NCBI RefSeq assembly: GCF_964355755.1
Contig: NC_092670.1
Coordinates: forward strand, 4,888,201-4,952,200
Length of the DNA: 64,000 bases
Origin: Antedon mediterranea
Taxonomy: Eukaryota > Animalia > Echinodermata
Direction of reading: 5' to 3'
Shown: piece by piece, positions 24,446 to 38,251 of the stretch
Layout of the letters: each line of letters begins with the position of its first letter
How positions within the stretch are numbered: the first letter of the stretch is position 1
The notes under the pieces: generated by a model
Told to the model about the DNA's origin: nothing
Database searches by the model: none
Seen by the model: the letters and a program-made list of their open reading frames with translations, nothing else
Program-made: the position numbers and the translations under genes

Positions 24446-27400
24446 TTAAATAAAATAAACGTTGTTAAGATTTTGTATTTTTTTCGTCGTCGTACAAAAT
24501 ACACATATACTTGAGTTTGTAACTCCAACCAAAAATGGAAACGTCGGAACATAAGCATAAAGTATAGGCTAATCAATTGTATAACAGAATAATAACAACT
24601 TAAAACCGAATCGGCACCTACAACGGCATAAAACAAACCAAAATGTTAACTATAGTGCCAATGGGGAGCATAACCAATCAAGAAAAACATTAAAACCGAA
24701 GTAGGAATTCATTTTTGTGTCATAATAAAGAATCTGGAATTGTTTTACCAAGGTTGTGATTTAGAAATTGAAGACTAATGTCTCGGCGGATAATTAATAT
24801 TAGAACTAATAATTCATAGTAACGATTCAAGAGCCTAAGCAGTCTCTTATCTCATTAAATTTGATCATTTTCACCCCTGTGTTTGTAATGATGGATTATA
24901 AGAAGATTATTACCTCTATAAACCAAACAAGACACCGGGTATCACGATATATAATATTCATAATATGTAAACAAAACTAATTCGACTAGAGCTGTAGTCA
25001 ATCCAATGTATTGCAAAGAAACTCAAGTCATATGATATACTGTAGCCCCGTAAGCTTGTCATGTCATTTTCGCTTCAATATCAGTACTGTTTCATATTCT
25101 TTGGCTTCTAAATTTGTTTTTTGAATTGATATAGTCAGTAGGCCTAACCTATATTACGTGCTATAATCATTCTGATTACATATAGATGACATATTCAAAT
25201 GAAAGCAAATTAAACAATCTTATAAATTAATCTCGGGCGGGCAACGAGGCCGGTGGATAATACAGATAGCCCATGGATTATCTAATTCCAAATGTGATTT
25301 TATTAAAGATCGAGTGGGAGAGTTAACAAAACCGTCTTATTAAACGTATTTCAATTTTAGATGACAGCAAAATACCTACTGTATGAGGCTAGACATGCAC
25401 GCTTGTCCATATTTATTGTGGAAAAGTTTTTTAAATGACGTCATAAATTTCGCTGTGTTTCGTTAAATTGAATCGACTAAAATAATATAAGTTAATGGTT
25501 AACCATGATGACGTCACAAAAACGGGAGCGTTAAAACTCTTTTTGAAATTCAACTTGCGTTTGAAATGATATAAAAACATGCTAGGAATGTTAGCGTTAC
25601 AAAATAAACATCAACAAGACACACATAAGCGTCCGCCTAAGCTTTGTTAGGATTTATACTAATTTTAATTGTAGGTTCTGTCTATTTACGGAACAATGCT
25701 TATATACGCATGCGTTTGTTTTTGTCGTCCACTGTCCCGAACTCAAAGTTCGAAATACGTGTTGACGTAGGGTTTATAAATGTAAATCAAAGGAAAGTTG
25801 AGCGACTTCCACTAAATGAATATTGATGACAATAAAAGGTATTATAAAGTAGTTCATGTTGATCAGCATAAACGTGTATTTGCAAGCATTCTTACCCACA
25901 TTGGATCTTGTCCATACATTCCGACAATCAATTAAAAGTTTCTTGAGTGATATATTGATATGGAACTCTACGTGTGGGCATATTTAAAATATAAAATTTG
26001 CGCGTACTCACCATGCGATCATTGAACTTTAGGAGTGCCAGAGCCTAGGCCTCAGATTCAAGCCATGTCTACACTAACAAACTTTACCGAAGTTTTGTTT
26101 GCAAACTCTAGTTCGCCACTGCTGTTGTGTGTGAATTCTGTCTATAAGTGCTACTAATTTCTGGAGGCTGTCATTTGGTCTATCTGGAAGATCAAAGGAG
26201 GACAAGATCACAACAATCAGCAAACTAGTTTGTCAAAAAGATACACATCCCATCATGCATTTCTGTAGTGTGCCAAGTTTGTCAACCGATCTACATTAGA
26301 AACCTTTGGAATCTTTTCGTGGCAAACTCGGAGTTTTTCCTATGAGTTTGCAAACTACAGTGTGATTCATAAATGCCACCAGTAAACTATTTCAATAATG
26401 TGCATGGTCTAAGTTCTGAAAAAAATTATGTAGTTTATCAATTTGTCTATTCTCTAGCAAACTTTAGAAAACATTTCAAGTTTGCTCGAGTTAATAAAGT
26501 GCCTTATAAATAAATGGGTAAGACTTACTAAGTTAGAGGGGTCTAATACAAACATCAAACATACATACACACACATACAATAAAGTTACTTTTTAAGCAT
26601 TTCGTATAAATTTAAATATTCCAGCGTTTAGACAGTGGTTCAGCGTAAGCATACAATGTAATGTCATAGTAGACGTTGTAATAGTGTCATTTCGTGTCGC
26701 TTTTGTAGAATGCTGATGTTTTATATAATAAATTAAGAATGATAACATTCACATGTAAGCCTAATATGTCTACGATAACTGCAGTGATTTCATAGACAAC
26801 TACAATGTTATGTGTGAAAGTACCTTTAATCGTAATTTTGTAGGTTACCGTTATAAAGTTAATTGATTTAATTTTCATTTCTTCATCATTAATACTGCTT
26901 AATCGTGTCAAGTTAACACGCTGCTTGCGTAAATCATCAAGTATGAAATATTACTTTGGTATATCAATAACAATGTCTACTATACTCGCGTTTTACCAAA
27001 TCAAAGTAGGGAGTTTACGCAGCAGCTAGTATATTGTTAGTAGGGATGGGGGACGAGATAGAGATGTAATGGAAATGGGTTTCATTCCAGGTACAGTAGG
27101 CCTATATTGTTTATGTAGGCCAACTATTGAATCGTGTTAATTGGATTAGTAGTTTAGGATGCATTTTAAATGTACTGGTTACACGGATAGGCTCATTTGG
27201 CCAGAAGTCGATTGTTGTTAGTTTTAATGATTGTAGCCTATGCTTAGTTGAAGGATCCACTCTAATTGTCATCATTGTATAGGAGGTAGGAACTGAATTG
27301 CTTGATAAGATAAACCCTTGTTTTAATAATGTCACTTTTCACATGTTAGGCCTATTTTTACAATACATCATTCTACGTACACGTTGATGCTGTAAAATCT

Positions 27401-28559
27401 ATTTACATTATTCAAAGCAATAAGCATAAGCCATAAACTGTACATCTATCATATAATTATAATATTGTGTTTTATAGGATGTAATACATATTTTTTTTGG
27501 GGACTAGGCCTATTTGTCATCGTAACCGGTTTCTGTATCCGGTTTCGACGGTCCTTGTGCTTAGGTCTAAGTAGATTCCTCATACAAACACTGTACGGCT
27601 AAAAATTTTTTGGATACTATCATTATAATTACTATAGGCCTAGATTCATTGTTTGTCAGACAATCTGATCGATCCCACTGACGATAAACAATTCTGAACA
27701 TTATTGACACCTGATCATTAGCATAATGAGTAGACATGTACAATAAAAACAAATTAAAATATAAAGAGAAAATTAATGATCGATAAAAATATATAACTCT
27801 CCTAAAACGGTTTTCAAAAACAACATTGTTGCTTCAGAGTTCTAGTTATTACAAAACGTAGACTTAAATTATGAGCTTTATAGTACGGTGACAGCATGAT
27901 GTGCTAAATTATAAAAACTTCTCTAGTTTTAATCTAGTTTTATCGGTTTCAAAATATTGAATACATCCTAAAAAATATTCTCTCTATTTACCTTACAGAT
28001 CTTATGAATTGTAAACGATACATGCACGAATTCCCCTTCCCAGCCTGGAGATGTCTTTCCACCTGTCTATAGAATTTTTAAAAACAAGGACACTTATATA
28101 TTATTTCAATTTAATCCCGAAGCAATGATTATACATAATTAGAAATGTATTTGATCGACGTTATACTTTATAGTTGGATCAAGAGTTCAAACAGATTCCA
28201 GCATTTGAAATATTTGCCAATGATATGAATTGATATTTCAACACTTTAAAATCAAGCACCTGTTATGTTTTCAAAGTTATATCCTGATTCAAATTATATG
28301 AATTGTACGAATAAAATAGAACAGAAATAAGAATATTTTTTTAATTAAAAAAAACGTCTGAATATTCAAGCCTACTAAGTAAAACATGTATAAATTTATG
28401 TATAGGTTAAAATTCGCCACACTGAAGTCAGACATTTTCAGTACATCAAGAAAAATAAAAGTATATGAAAAGTTATAGCACTATTAATATTATAGGCTAT
28501 ACACATCAAAAATGATTAAGAAAATTTAACATTAAATACAATTCTGTGTAAAGTTGTTT

Positions 28560-29150
28560 TAAAATCCAAGATGGAGAAATGCAGAACAAGGAACATTAGT
28601 ACCTTGCTGGATCATAACTTTTTCATCAGTTTGTGGATGCACTGCGCACATGTATGATCGTGGATGATGCACTGCGCGCATGTATGATCGTGGACGATGC
28701 ACTGCGCACATGTATGATCGTGGATGATGCACTGCGCACATGTATGATCGTGCTTAACAAAGCAACCATCAACAAACATCCTGAATCTTTTCATATGGCG
28801 TCAAATTCCTCACACCTACGTAGAATCTCTAAATTCGGGATATGACGCACTAAAAATCCATATACAAATCACTATAGCTTTGCGATCGTCAGGGGTATTA
28901 CATTCTGTTGTATGATGATTTGGCCAACTCTGTACTTGATACTTATGCCTAGTACATTGAAAAAATCCATGAAACATTTTAAGTTTACCTATAAAATAAA
29001 ACGGCATCATCATAGTATTACATCATTGCTATTGGGTCTTTCCATTAAGAGAAAGAGTTTTCGGATCTATTATATGGTATGGTAAACTTTGACCCTGACT
29101 GGATGAGAATAGGAACGCTGTTGAACAAGCCCGGTATTATTATATTTTTA
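28560..29150 (+). pseudogene. Possible decayed protein-kinase C-lobe fragment
   Basis: Broken frames: QIPHTYVESLNSGYD..ALRSSGVL and EFSDLLYGMVNFDPDWMRIGTLLNKP (29055-29132). The latter resembles kinase subdomain XI (DLlxxmLxxDPxxR...llxHP). Several in-frame stops. Confidence 0.25.
28636..28752 (+). repeat. 30-bp tandem repeat, about 4 nearly identical units
   Basis: Unit gatgcactgcgcacatgtatgatcgtggat. Confidence 0.95.
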
Positions 29151-29704
29151 CAATAGGTCGCAAACTCTCCTTGTTAAAAATGCATTGTAATGATGGATTT
29201 CAGCAAAAGTGTTTCCAATTTAAATATATAATTGATGTTTAAAAGTCATGCTCTACTAGTAATAATATTATTATAATATGATTATTAGCATACACATTTC
29301 GTAATTATGGTGTCAAATTGTCAAATTAAAGTTAACAGAACACCTTGTTCATTCGCTTATTCCAGGAAAGGCAATTCATTCATGCGAATATGTTTCCTAC
29401 TTAACAAGTGGGGACATGAAACGTATCATGGCGTCATCAGTTGAATATTAAATATAATGTTGAATCAGATAAAGGCATCTATAATGATAAAGATACTTTA
29501 TATATTGTAGAAAACGTACATAGTGTGATGTCACTGACTGTAGTACTTAATTAATTACAATTCAACCTACTGTATTGATACAGAACGCCAAAACTGAAAC
29601 CGCATTTAATACCACCGCATTGCCATTATATCAATGAGCATTACCGCCAAGATAAAACTTTCAATCACGTTCAAAATATTATCACCACCGCCGTTTTTGA
29701 AATA

Positions 29705-29850
29705 TTTTATTTATACCGGGCGACCTCTTTAGACAAAGACTAGTCTCCCAGAGGGCCCAGTTATGATCAGTGGCTGTGATGTACTAGTACACCGGGGTAA
29801 CCCCCTACTCGTCTCGAAAGATGTACTGGGTTCTTTAAAGTGCACATGCG
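29705..29850 (-). mobile_element. SINE fragment (Deu/Nin-domain-like conserved core)
   Basis: The block ccctactc..tcgaa..gggttctttaaagtgca is shared with about 56342-56450 (which also has a B-box-like tcgaaccc) and inverted at about 38343-38370. Domain assignment is from recall of DeuSINE/Nin-SINE cores. Confidence 0.5.
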
Positions 29851-31661
29851 CGAAACATTTACGAAATACTGAGTGTAAGCGGCTTGGTTACGGACGGACT
29901 TTCCGAAATAAAAATCACATCAATATTTCAGAGAATGTGGAATTCTTAGGTCAACCTCAAATCTGGCCAAAATGTTTCTTTATAATTAGTTGCATAAATA
30001 AAAATACTTATTCTTAGCATGATATATGAATATGAAGATGATGAATCCAATCTTTCCCAGGCTGCTTTCAACATATCATAATATAACGATTTTACTGTAA
30101 TTATTAACTAAAATACTATTTTTCTACCGTTCTTAAACAGCCAAAAATCATAATCTGTAGGTTCAGAACTTTCATTGACATTAATAATGCGGTACTGAGT
30201 CAAAAATAGTACAGGAAACTCTCAATGGATTATTCTATACGATGTTTTGAATTATTTATTATCCTCCATACATCCATTAAGATCAATTTGTCTTCATCTT
30301 TAAATTGTACCAAAGCCCCAATGAAAATCTGTCATTTTTCCATGGACGATGACATAAAATGTACGCACTTACAGAAATTATTATTATTTTTTAATGGGTA
30401 CAATATTACTGTGTGTTATTGCATTTAAAAATGTCTAATCAATAGGTGCAATATATCATTGCCATTCTATAGATCACACAGACTTACGATGGTAATTGCT
30501 ATTGTAGACTTTAATACTCTTGTGGACATTTATTTGTCCATGCTTAAAGCAAAGAAACTTTATTCATTGCCGTCGATTTTTTTTTATAGAAGACAGTGAA
30601 TGTTTTACTGATGATTAAGAGAAATCAACGGAAAACATTGCTGCTATAGGACTAAACATTTCTAGTTCTGTTTCCATCTTATGTTTCAAATATGTATTGT
30701 ATCTCCAAAAAAATGAAGATTGACAAAATAAATGGTTAATTTCAACCAAAAATCTATTGGCTGGCAGCCAATTTGAATATTTTTCAGAGGGACAATACAT
30801 CTTTAATTTTTTAAAAAGACTTAACATTTTTCCTCTAGATTCTTTGGTAGTTCCCATGTCATATGTAAATTATGCAATTATTTCATACATAATGCATTTA
30901 AAAAAATGAATTGATCGTGTCAAGAATTGAACTATTATCTCACACCTCATGCACTAACTTCTAATTTAACTCTGTTGTCATTATAAAGTGTTTACTGCGG
31001 ATGCGCGTAGTGCTTTAAATGAGAAGATAATTTTGTTCTCTTACCTACCTAAGAGTTCATTAAAAGTAGATGTCGGAAAAGGGTTGCGTTTTTATGTGTT
31101 TTCCTAAAAGATCACTCCCTCTGCTGGCTACGACCCTGACTAACCTAGAATTCAGCTACATTCACGCGAGCCTGTCGACAAAGTGATGTACACGCATGCA
31201 ATTGATCAACTGTTAATGGGTTTGTATTATGAATATTAACACGTTGTGTGTCTGTTACATTGAATTGATGGAAGGTCATCAATATATCATACACCTACAA
31301 TTTAAAGATCTTCTAGAGAAAAGAAGAGACACATGCCTAAAAACGGAACACACTTTATTTTAAATAAAAATTCAATCCTATTGTGCAATAACATAACAAA
31401 GCTCACAGTTCAAAAACGCTTTTTCTATTTTTAAACTTCATTGCTGTAGGTGGGTGGCAATAATTTGTCATTTTCGCGTCGTGTGTACCATAATACAGAC
31501 ACGATCAATAATATTAATAGTTATAATGATAAGACTTATAGCTGTGGAAGAAGATAAACTGGTTTTCGTCTACTGTATCTTCTAATAATAGGCCTAACAA
31601 AGCTTTCCAAAAACAACAATCCCAGTTCCTGCGATACATTTCCTCTCCATACACACACATG

Positions 31662-32006
31662 AACAAGCACGAATGTGCGATACTCGGGGTACAGCAAATG
31701 AAGCTGTAATGACGTATTAAGACGGGATGTGACGTCAAATACACATCAATAACCTACCAAATACGGCTATATGGTACCATCTTCGAGACGTCATATGGCT
31801 GCATCCGGTTTGAAATTTAAAAATCCGGCTCTATAGATTTGAGGACATGTCCCTGTAGTATATTCATGCCAAATCCCAGCTCAATACTACAACTAATAAG
31901 GGAGGAGTAGTACTTTAAAAATCGCACTTTTTACTCAATAGTGTCCAGATGGAGGAAGAGGAGGAGAAAATGAGTAAGTCCTAGACTCGGGTACCCCGAG
32001 TAAAAA
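31662..32006 (-). mobile_element. Helentron-associated HINE, second family
   Basis: On the minus strand: T-run, 5' TACTCGGGGTAC-CCGAGT hairpin, CT-rich tract, 3' subterminal GTACCCCGAGTA, terminal hairpin GCAC-attc-GTGC, then TTGTT. Confidence 0.75.
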
Positions 32007-32289
32007 TGTTCAAAAGCATTAATGTTTAGCAGGCTAATATATATATATATATATATCGATCAATTGACTGATGTGATAAAAATCCAATAGGCTTAGTATG
32101 AATAGATTCCGATAATCGGGTGATTATTTGATTGTTGTTTACCTTGACATTAACAAATTTATCATCAATTACTATCAATGTAATTGTAATAATATTATAC
32201 TGTAGTAATTATTATTGGTAATGCATTTCAAATTACGTCATTGTATTAAAAATTCAACTTTTATTTATTAATTAAATTGATATTAATCA

Positions 32290-32600
32290 ATGTTAAAAAA
32301 ATGATTTTAGTTACACCAATGTATCAATGTTAATATTGTTAATATCAATTACATTAATACTGTAATAATATATATGTAAAAATGTTTTAATTACACCAAT
32401 TAATTATTGATGTAATTGCTATCAATTACATTCACAATTGTTCTTATCTATATGTAATTATTTACACCAATGTATCAATTATGTTATTATTGTTACTATT
32501 AATTAAATTTTCTATCTATGTAAAAGGTTTTAATTACACCAATCTATAATTATTAATGAAATTGTTATCAATTTCATTTATAATGATTGCTATCTTTCAT
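32290..32600 (+). repeat. Degenerate AT-rich tandem repeat, 70-80 bp period
   Basis: TTACACCAAT recurs at about 32311, 32391, 32462 and 32534 with similar flanks. Confidence 0.55.
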
Positions 32601-33491
32601 TTTTAAAATACAGTATTGTCAATGAATGTCAATATTATTTTTAATATAATTAATTTCTAAATACCATCAATGTATTACCAATCTATTGGTTTAGCATATT
32701 ATACTAAACCAATAGCAATAGTAATTATTATTAAGTACATTAAAATTCGTTGTAAATTACATCATAATTTCCTTTGTCAAAGAAGAGTTTTTCTTTTTAA
32801 ATTGAAACGACACCTCTTATCTAGTTATGTGTAATTATCCTTTCACTCATTGTAGTTTTTATATTTAGCCTTTTCGGTACCCGGAAACTAAAAGCCTCAT
32901 TACTGTTTTTGTCCTGTTTCCGGTTCCCGTGTTGTCCTGTTTTCTTTTTCAGTTTTTATGGCCTGTTTTATACAAGCTTCGCTTTTTAGGAATTTTGCCC
33001 CTCTTATTTTAATCATATTTACTGTTAATTTTTATATTCTATGAAAGAGAAGAAGAGAAATAAATGTTACTTTGATTGATTGATAGATAGCGTAATTGTT
33101 ATCAATATAAATACATTTCTAAACAGTATTAACTTATATTATGAATCTAACCTGACAGTTTACATTGATGGTATACAATAATTACATACTCCTATTTAGT
33201 GTAGGTAAGGTAGACTAATGAATATTTCTTTATGAACGACCTTGGGATGAAAATGGAAAAATACATTTTACAATAATAATGAAAAACACGTCACAGTAAA
33301 AAATGAAAGTTCAAGGGGGTGTGGAATGAAGACCAACTGATATGCTTCTTGTGAGTTTTAGTTATTGTAAATTAGTGACGTTTGGTTTGCCAATTAAGAA
33401 ACAAATTGAATGAAAACATGGTAAGTTATTATACATACAAATAGAAACTATTAGCCTAAATAAGAAAAAGTCACAATTATATTATTCATAA

Positions 33492-33738
33492 AGCTGGGTT
33501 CCCACTTAGTTCCCACTAAGAGCAGCGCAATTTATTTTAACAAATCACAAGCGATGGATTATTCGAACTTTCTTTGGTGGTAAGCGCGGTCCCCTCTAGG
33601 GCGCAATGCTAGTACATAGACGCAACAAATTGACCAATGACAAGCGGCAGTTAAAATTAATCCATCACTTGTGATTGGTTAGTACTTTCCAGGCATCAGT
33701 AAACTCGCTTGTGTTGCGCTTACGTCCTTGCCAAGTTT
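33492..33738. mobile_element. MITE family A, rearranged/degenerate copies
   Basis: AGCTGGGTTCCCACT start, two internal CACAAGCG cores, GCGcTTACGTCCTTG near the end. Confidence 0.6.
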
Positions 33739-33844
33739 TAGCAGATATTTTGTTCTACAAGGAAAGTTGAATATTGTCGGTAAGTGTTACCGCTAAACGG
33801 CAACTGATATCGTAACAATCGTTATTGTAACAATCCACCGCTAA

Positions 33845-34043
33845 TGCTTGGTTCCCACTATAGCGACGCAACACAAGGACGTAACGCAACGTAAGTGAAT
33901 TAACCAATCACAAGCGATGGCTTATTCGCTTGTGATTGCTAACTGTCTATAACTTCGCTTGTCAATGGTTAAAACGCTTGCGTTGCGTTTACGTCCTTGT
34001 GTTACGTTCTAGTGGGAACCAAGCTTGAGTCGGGAACCAAGCA
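33845..34043. mobile_element. MITE family A copy with duplicated right terminus
   Basis: Near-identical to 36873-37051. Right TIR GGGAACCAAGC appears twice (ending 34025 and 34043). Confidence 0.85.
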
Positions 34044-36872
34044 TTAATGTAGCAACACCTGCAGCTTATGTAGAAACACCAACAGCTATGTAGTAAATAA
34101 ATAATTAGAAATAAATAAAATAAATCAGTCCTAAGAATGTCTCCGTGTATTGCTTATTAGGAGTTTGGCTTATATCATATTAAGCTCATGGTTCAAATCG
34201 TAAATAATATAATTATGATGCACATCATATACTTTAGGAAATAATTATCATGTTATTCATCGACCTAACACGTAGTAGGATGTGTGTTAAAAAGTTATGT
34301 AATTTTATCTAGAGTCGACGTGGTTAAAAAAAAAGTAAAGGCGACTGACTAATATTATAAATGGTTGTACTGATTTTGCTTTAGATTTACCGTCAACTAC
34401 ATTCCAGTTGTTTTGTTTAATGTGAACATGTGAAATTGATTTTGTCTTGTATCAGTGCGCTGTAATTTGACAAGTGCGTTGAATATATATTATATTATGA
34501 TTGATTGGTCTTACTCATTATCTACAAATCGCAGTCACCAAAACACCCGAATAATGGAAGCAGTATACGGGCCGCGGGGGAGTTATCTTGGGTTTGTGTA
34601 CATCTACGGATTCACTTAAATATTGATCGAACCCTAGGGGAAAACTATTCAATATCATAGATATGATACACTCTTTTAATTGTCACCTTACTGAAGTATC
34701 AGCGTCATTTAAAACGCATATTAGCTTTTGTAATGAATGAGAATAGTAACAGATTTATTTCTGATTTATTCAGCAATTGTTAAAAACAATATACTAACAA
34801 GAAAACATCAATACGAACCGAATGTAATCTACTCCTCATTAAAATGTGACTGGAAAATATATAGCCTCTTTAAAAGTTGATAAATGTTGTGTTTTATTGC
34901 AGCTATTTATTTCATAACTGAATAATATAAATTGAACAGGTCGTCACATTGTTAATAACATGCTTAACATTGGTCAATAATCTGAATTCGGGTTTTAGAT
35001 TTAATGAAAAATATATTGATTGATTCATCTGGGAATAAAATCTAGATATAATAGTGTCGTAGTATGTACGTAGGCATAGCATGCCGCTAAACCATTACAG
35101 CCTGGCTACCTTCAGGTTATGAAACAACCGGAAGTGAATAAAAACAGGATTGCATTTTGTCGTCTGCTTTTAAGATGATTTTGTGACGAACACACTAATA
35201 GATAGGATAAGATAGATTGATGGGAGTGAATGACGAATGGATATTATATGATATCTGGATTGATCTTCAGGATAAATGGATGACACTGATTGTCCGACAA
35301 AATAGATTATGTTTTTTTTATAGGACATACAATAAAGAAACGTCTGATCGTTTTACGTATTCGCTCGTTGTCATTGGATGTATTTTTTCCGAGAGTCAAT
35401 GCCATGATATTCAGATGTTTAACCACGTATGACGCAAAATTGTCCTAAATTCTTGGTACTATAGAAATTATTAACAATTTGGACTCGAACCCGCGATCTT
35501 GGTGTTTAAAACTCTATACGTTGTTGCTTAGGGTTTACAATGATATGTTGTTCAATGTTTTATCTCGTTAAATATCATGTTTATGGAACCTGGAAATTAA
35601 ATGCAATCACTGATGGGAATAACGTATAAAACAAAATCCAGTTTTCAGTTTGATTGAAAAAGCCGAAAACTGTATACCTGGAAATACTAAGTTATCATTA
35701 TCGTGGTGCTTTATCCACTCGTCCTCTATCATCTAACCCATATTCATTGGAGGTCTAGAAGTATGAGCGTTGCTGTTAACTGTAAGGTTCGAGTCCCACC
35801 CCAAAATTAATTGCGATTGTTTTTGTTCACAAAGTTTACCGTGACTTCACCGTACGCAAACCATTGAACTTATTTGATGCAAGAAGCTGCGTATTAATGT
35901 TGTACAATATTAATGGAGACATCCACCCTAGAGATCATAGTGGTTTGTTTGTGTCGCGAGGTATTAATAAGAACCTCTACTTAAATAAACCGGATAGCAA
36001 ATTCTTCGAATGCGATCTATGATTTAAACCCAATAAATGACAATCACCGCGGTGAAATCATTAGGTTTAGGATGAATGAAAACATAGTTACATTAATAAT
36101 AAAAATAAAAAAGGGATAAACTGACTAAATTAATGTATTCTGACGGTTTACAAAACAGCACCAAAAAGCTGAAGATATTACAGAAAACTATAAATACGAT
36201 ATTATATAGAAATACAGTCACCAATTTCCACATTTTAATTATCGGATACGTTACCGGATTTCCATAAAATACAACAATACAAACATTCCAATATATATAT
36301 ATATAATATATTTTAACTAATAAGCTATATATATAATAATTAAGAATAATTTTTTTTAAATAAGAAAAAAAAAATTTAACCAACAACATATTGACTTCCA
36401 GTCAATTATTCAGGTAAATAACTTTTTTATAAAGTTTTTAGTCAAATTGAAGAGCTTTTATGTAACATTAAATAAAGATAAAAGGTTAAATTCAACCAAA
36501 AACAAATTGACTTCCAGTCTATTATTCAGTATAACTTTAAAAAAAAAAAATTCTTTCAGTGTTTGGTTGGTTGTGGGTTGTGGGAGTTGTGGGGTTAGGA
36601 ACAATATATTACTTTTCTCTGGATACAAATTAAGAATTAATTATGAATTTTAAAAAATGTATGTGAGTTTTATTATGTTTGTATTAAAGTTATTATATTT
36701 TTTAATGGTTTATTTATTAGATCTTATTGATTGATAGATTACATGAACATGATGTTTTACAGAATTGTCAACAACAATGATAATACATAAACATAATAAA
36801 CCTACTTAAATGTATGAACGAATATTGGAAGACCGGTTGTTGTTTAATTATTAATAGATACATCAATAGTAA

Positions 36873-37051
36873 AGCGTGGTTCCCACTAGCGACGCAACGC
36901 AAGGACGTAACGCAACGCAAGTGAATTGACCAATCACAAGCGATGGCTTATTCGCTTGTGATTGCTAACTGTCTATAACTTCGCTTGTCATTGGTTAAAA
37001 CGCTTGAGTTGCGTTTACGTCCTTGCGTTACGTTCTAGTGGGAACCAAGCT
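36873..37051. mobile_element. MITE family A, young full-length copy
   Basis: AGCGTGGTTCCCACTAG...CTAGTGGGAACCAAGCT, flanked by TAA/TTA (or TA/TA). Confidence 0.88.
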
Positions 37052-37902
37052 TTAGATGGATGAAAGGTGATTAAAATTAATACTTTGAAAGAAGCTAAAT
37101 GAATGAATGACTGAATATTACAAATAAAAAAACAAGTTTGCGAATCATGAGCATAACAGTACGCCAATATTAATGGGTGTACATTTAATTTGATATTTTC
37201 TGCTTCTAAATTAGTATTATTGGTCCCATTTGGAAGGACTAGAGGTGCTTTATTATGTTCTCCACCTGCTGTTATATATTAAATAATAAGAAGCGTCACA
37301 CATTTTGTTTCCCGTAATACTCTAGGGATACGCAATGACAGATATACCAACTGCCTATTTAACTAAATACAGCGTATAACGTGTAATTATTACATATTTC
37401 GTCACCAACGTATTTCATCAGTCTTGTTGTTTGTTAGATGTGTTTGTTACGTCAAATGTTATTTACGACCTATTCTAATGCAAGTATTTTTCATTGTTGA
37501 CTGCTGTTATGATTTTATACTTTAATCGCTGTTATATGCATATCATTGAAAGATAGCAGAATTATGACCACGCAGAACCAACCGACCAACGGAAGACAGA
37601 TGCTGTAACCAATGGAACACATATCATTCATAAAGACAATTATCTTTTCTGAATTTGCCACATAGCATAGCATGGCAAAATATCATTCTTCTATTGACTA
37701 TATAAAGTGAAAGTAAAAAAGAAAAGCCAAAAAGACCAAAGGGCCACAGAAGTGGTATTGAAATGTAGGCCCAACTAAATAGTCTTCACGGGTCGGCGCG
37801 GAATTGGTGCTATAGAAATAGCCTCCAGATTGCTATACTTTCTACTGGAAAATATCCAACAATTGCTGAGAAGCTGCTAACTGTAGCTGCTATGCTATGG
37901 TA

Positions 37903-38251
37903 AGCTTGGTTCACACAAAAACGTAACACAAGGACGTAGCGAGTTGATCAATCACACGCGACTGTTCGAATAATCCATCGCTTGAGATTGTTTTTTGTTG
38001 TTGTTTTTTTTAAAACCATATTTAATGAGGGTGATCCATCCAGCTATTGCTGATCATTAGGGACCCTCAGAGGTTCACAAGACAAACATATACACAAGAT
38101 GCTCTACATAAACAAAGTCTTATTACAAGTCTTTGGGAGTGGAGTAATTTGGTCGTTAGAAAAAATCCTGACATGTGACGGGACTTGAACCCAGGACCCT
38201 TGGAGTGGTAGCCAAGCATCATAACAAATCACTTTGCGTTGCGTTACGTCC
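37903..38251. mobile_element. MITE family A copy interrupted by a minus-strand tRNA-derived SINE (about 37991-38224)
   Basis: Left half of family A (37903-37990) and right half (about 38226-38251) are separated by an insert whose reverse complement begins with a tRNA-like head (GGTTCAAGTCCC) and ends in an A-rich tail. Confidence 0.7.

Noticed and set aside
28636-28752. 30-bp repeats (also the 22-bp and TTACACCAAT repeats) as a CRISPR-like array
   Set aside because: Head-to-tail or degenerate units without unique spacers, no cas genes, eukaryotic context.
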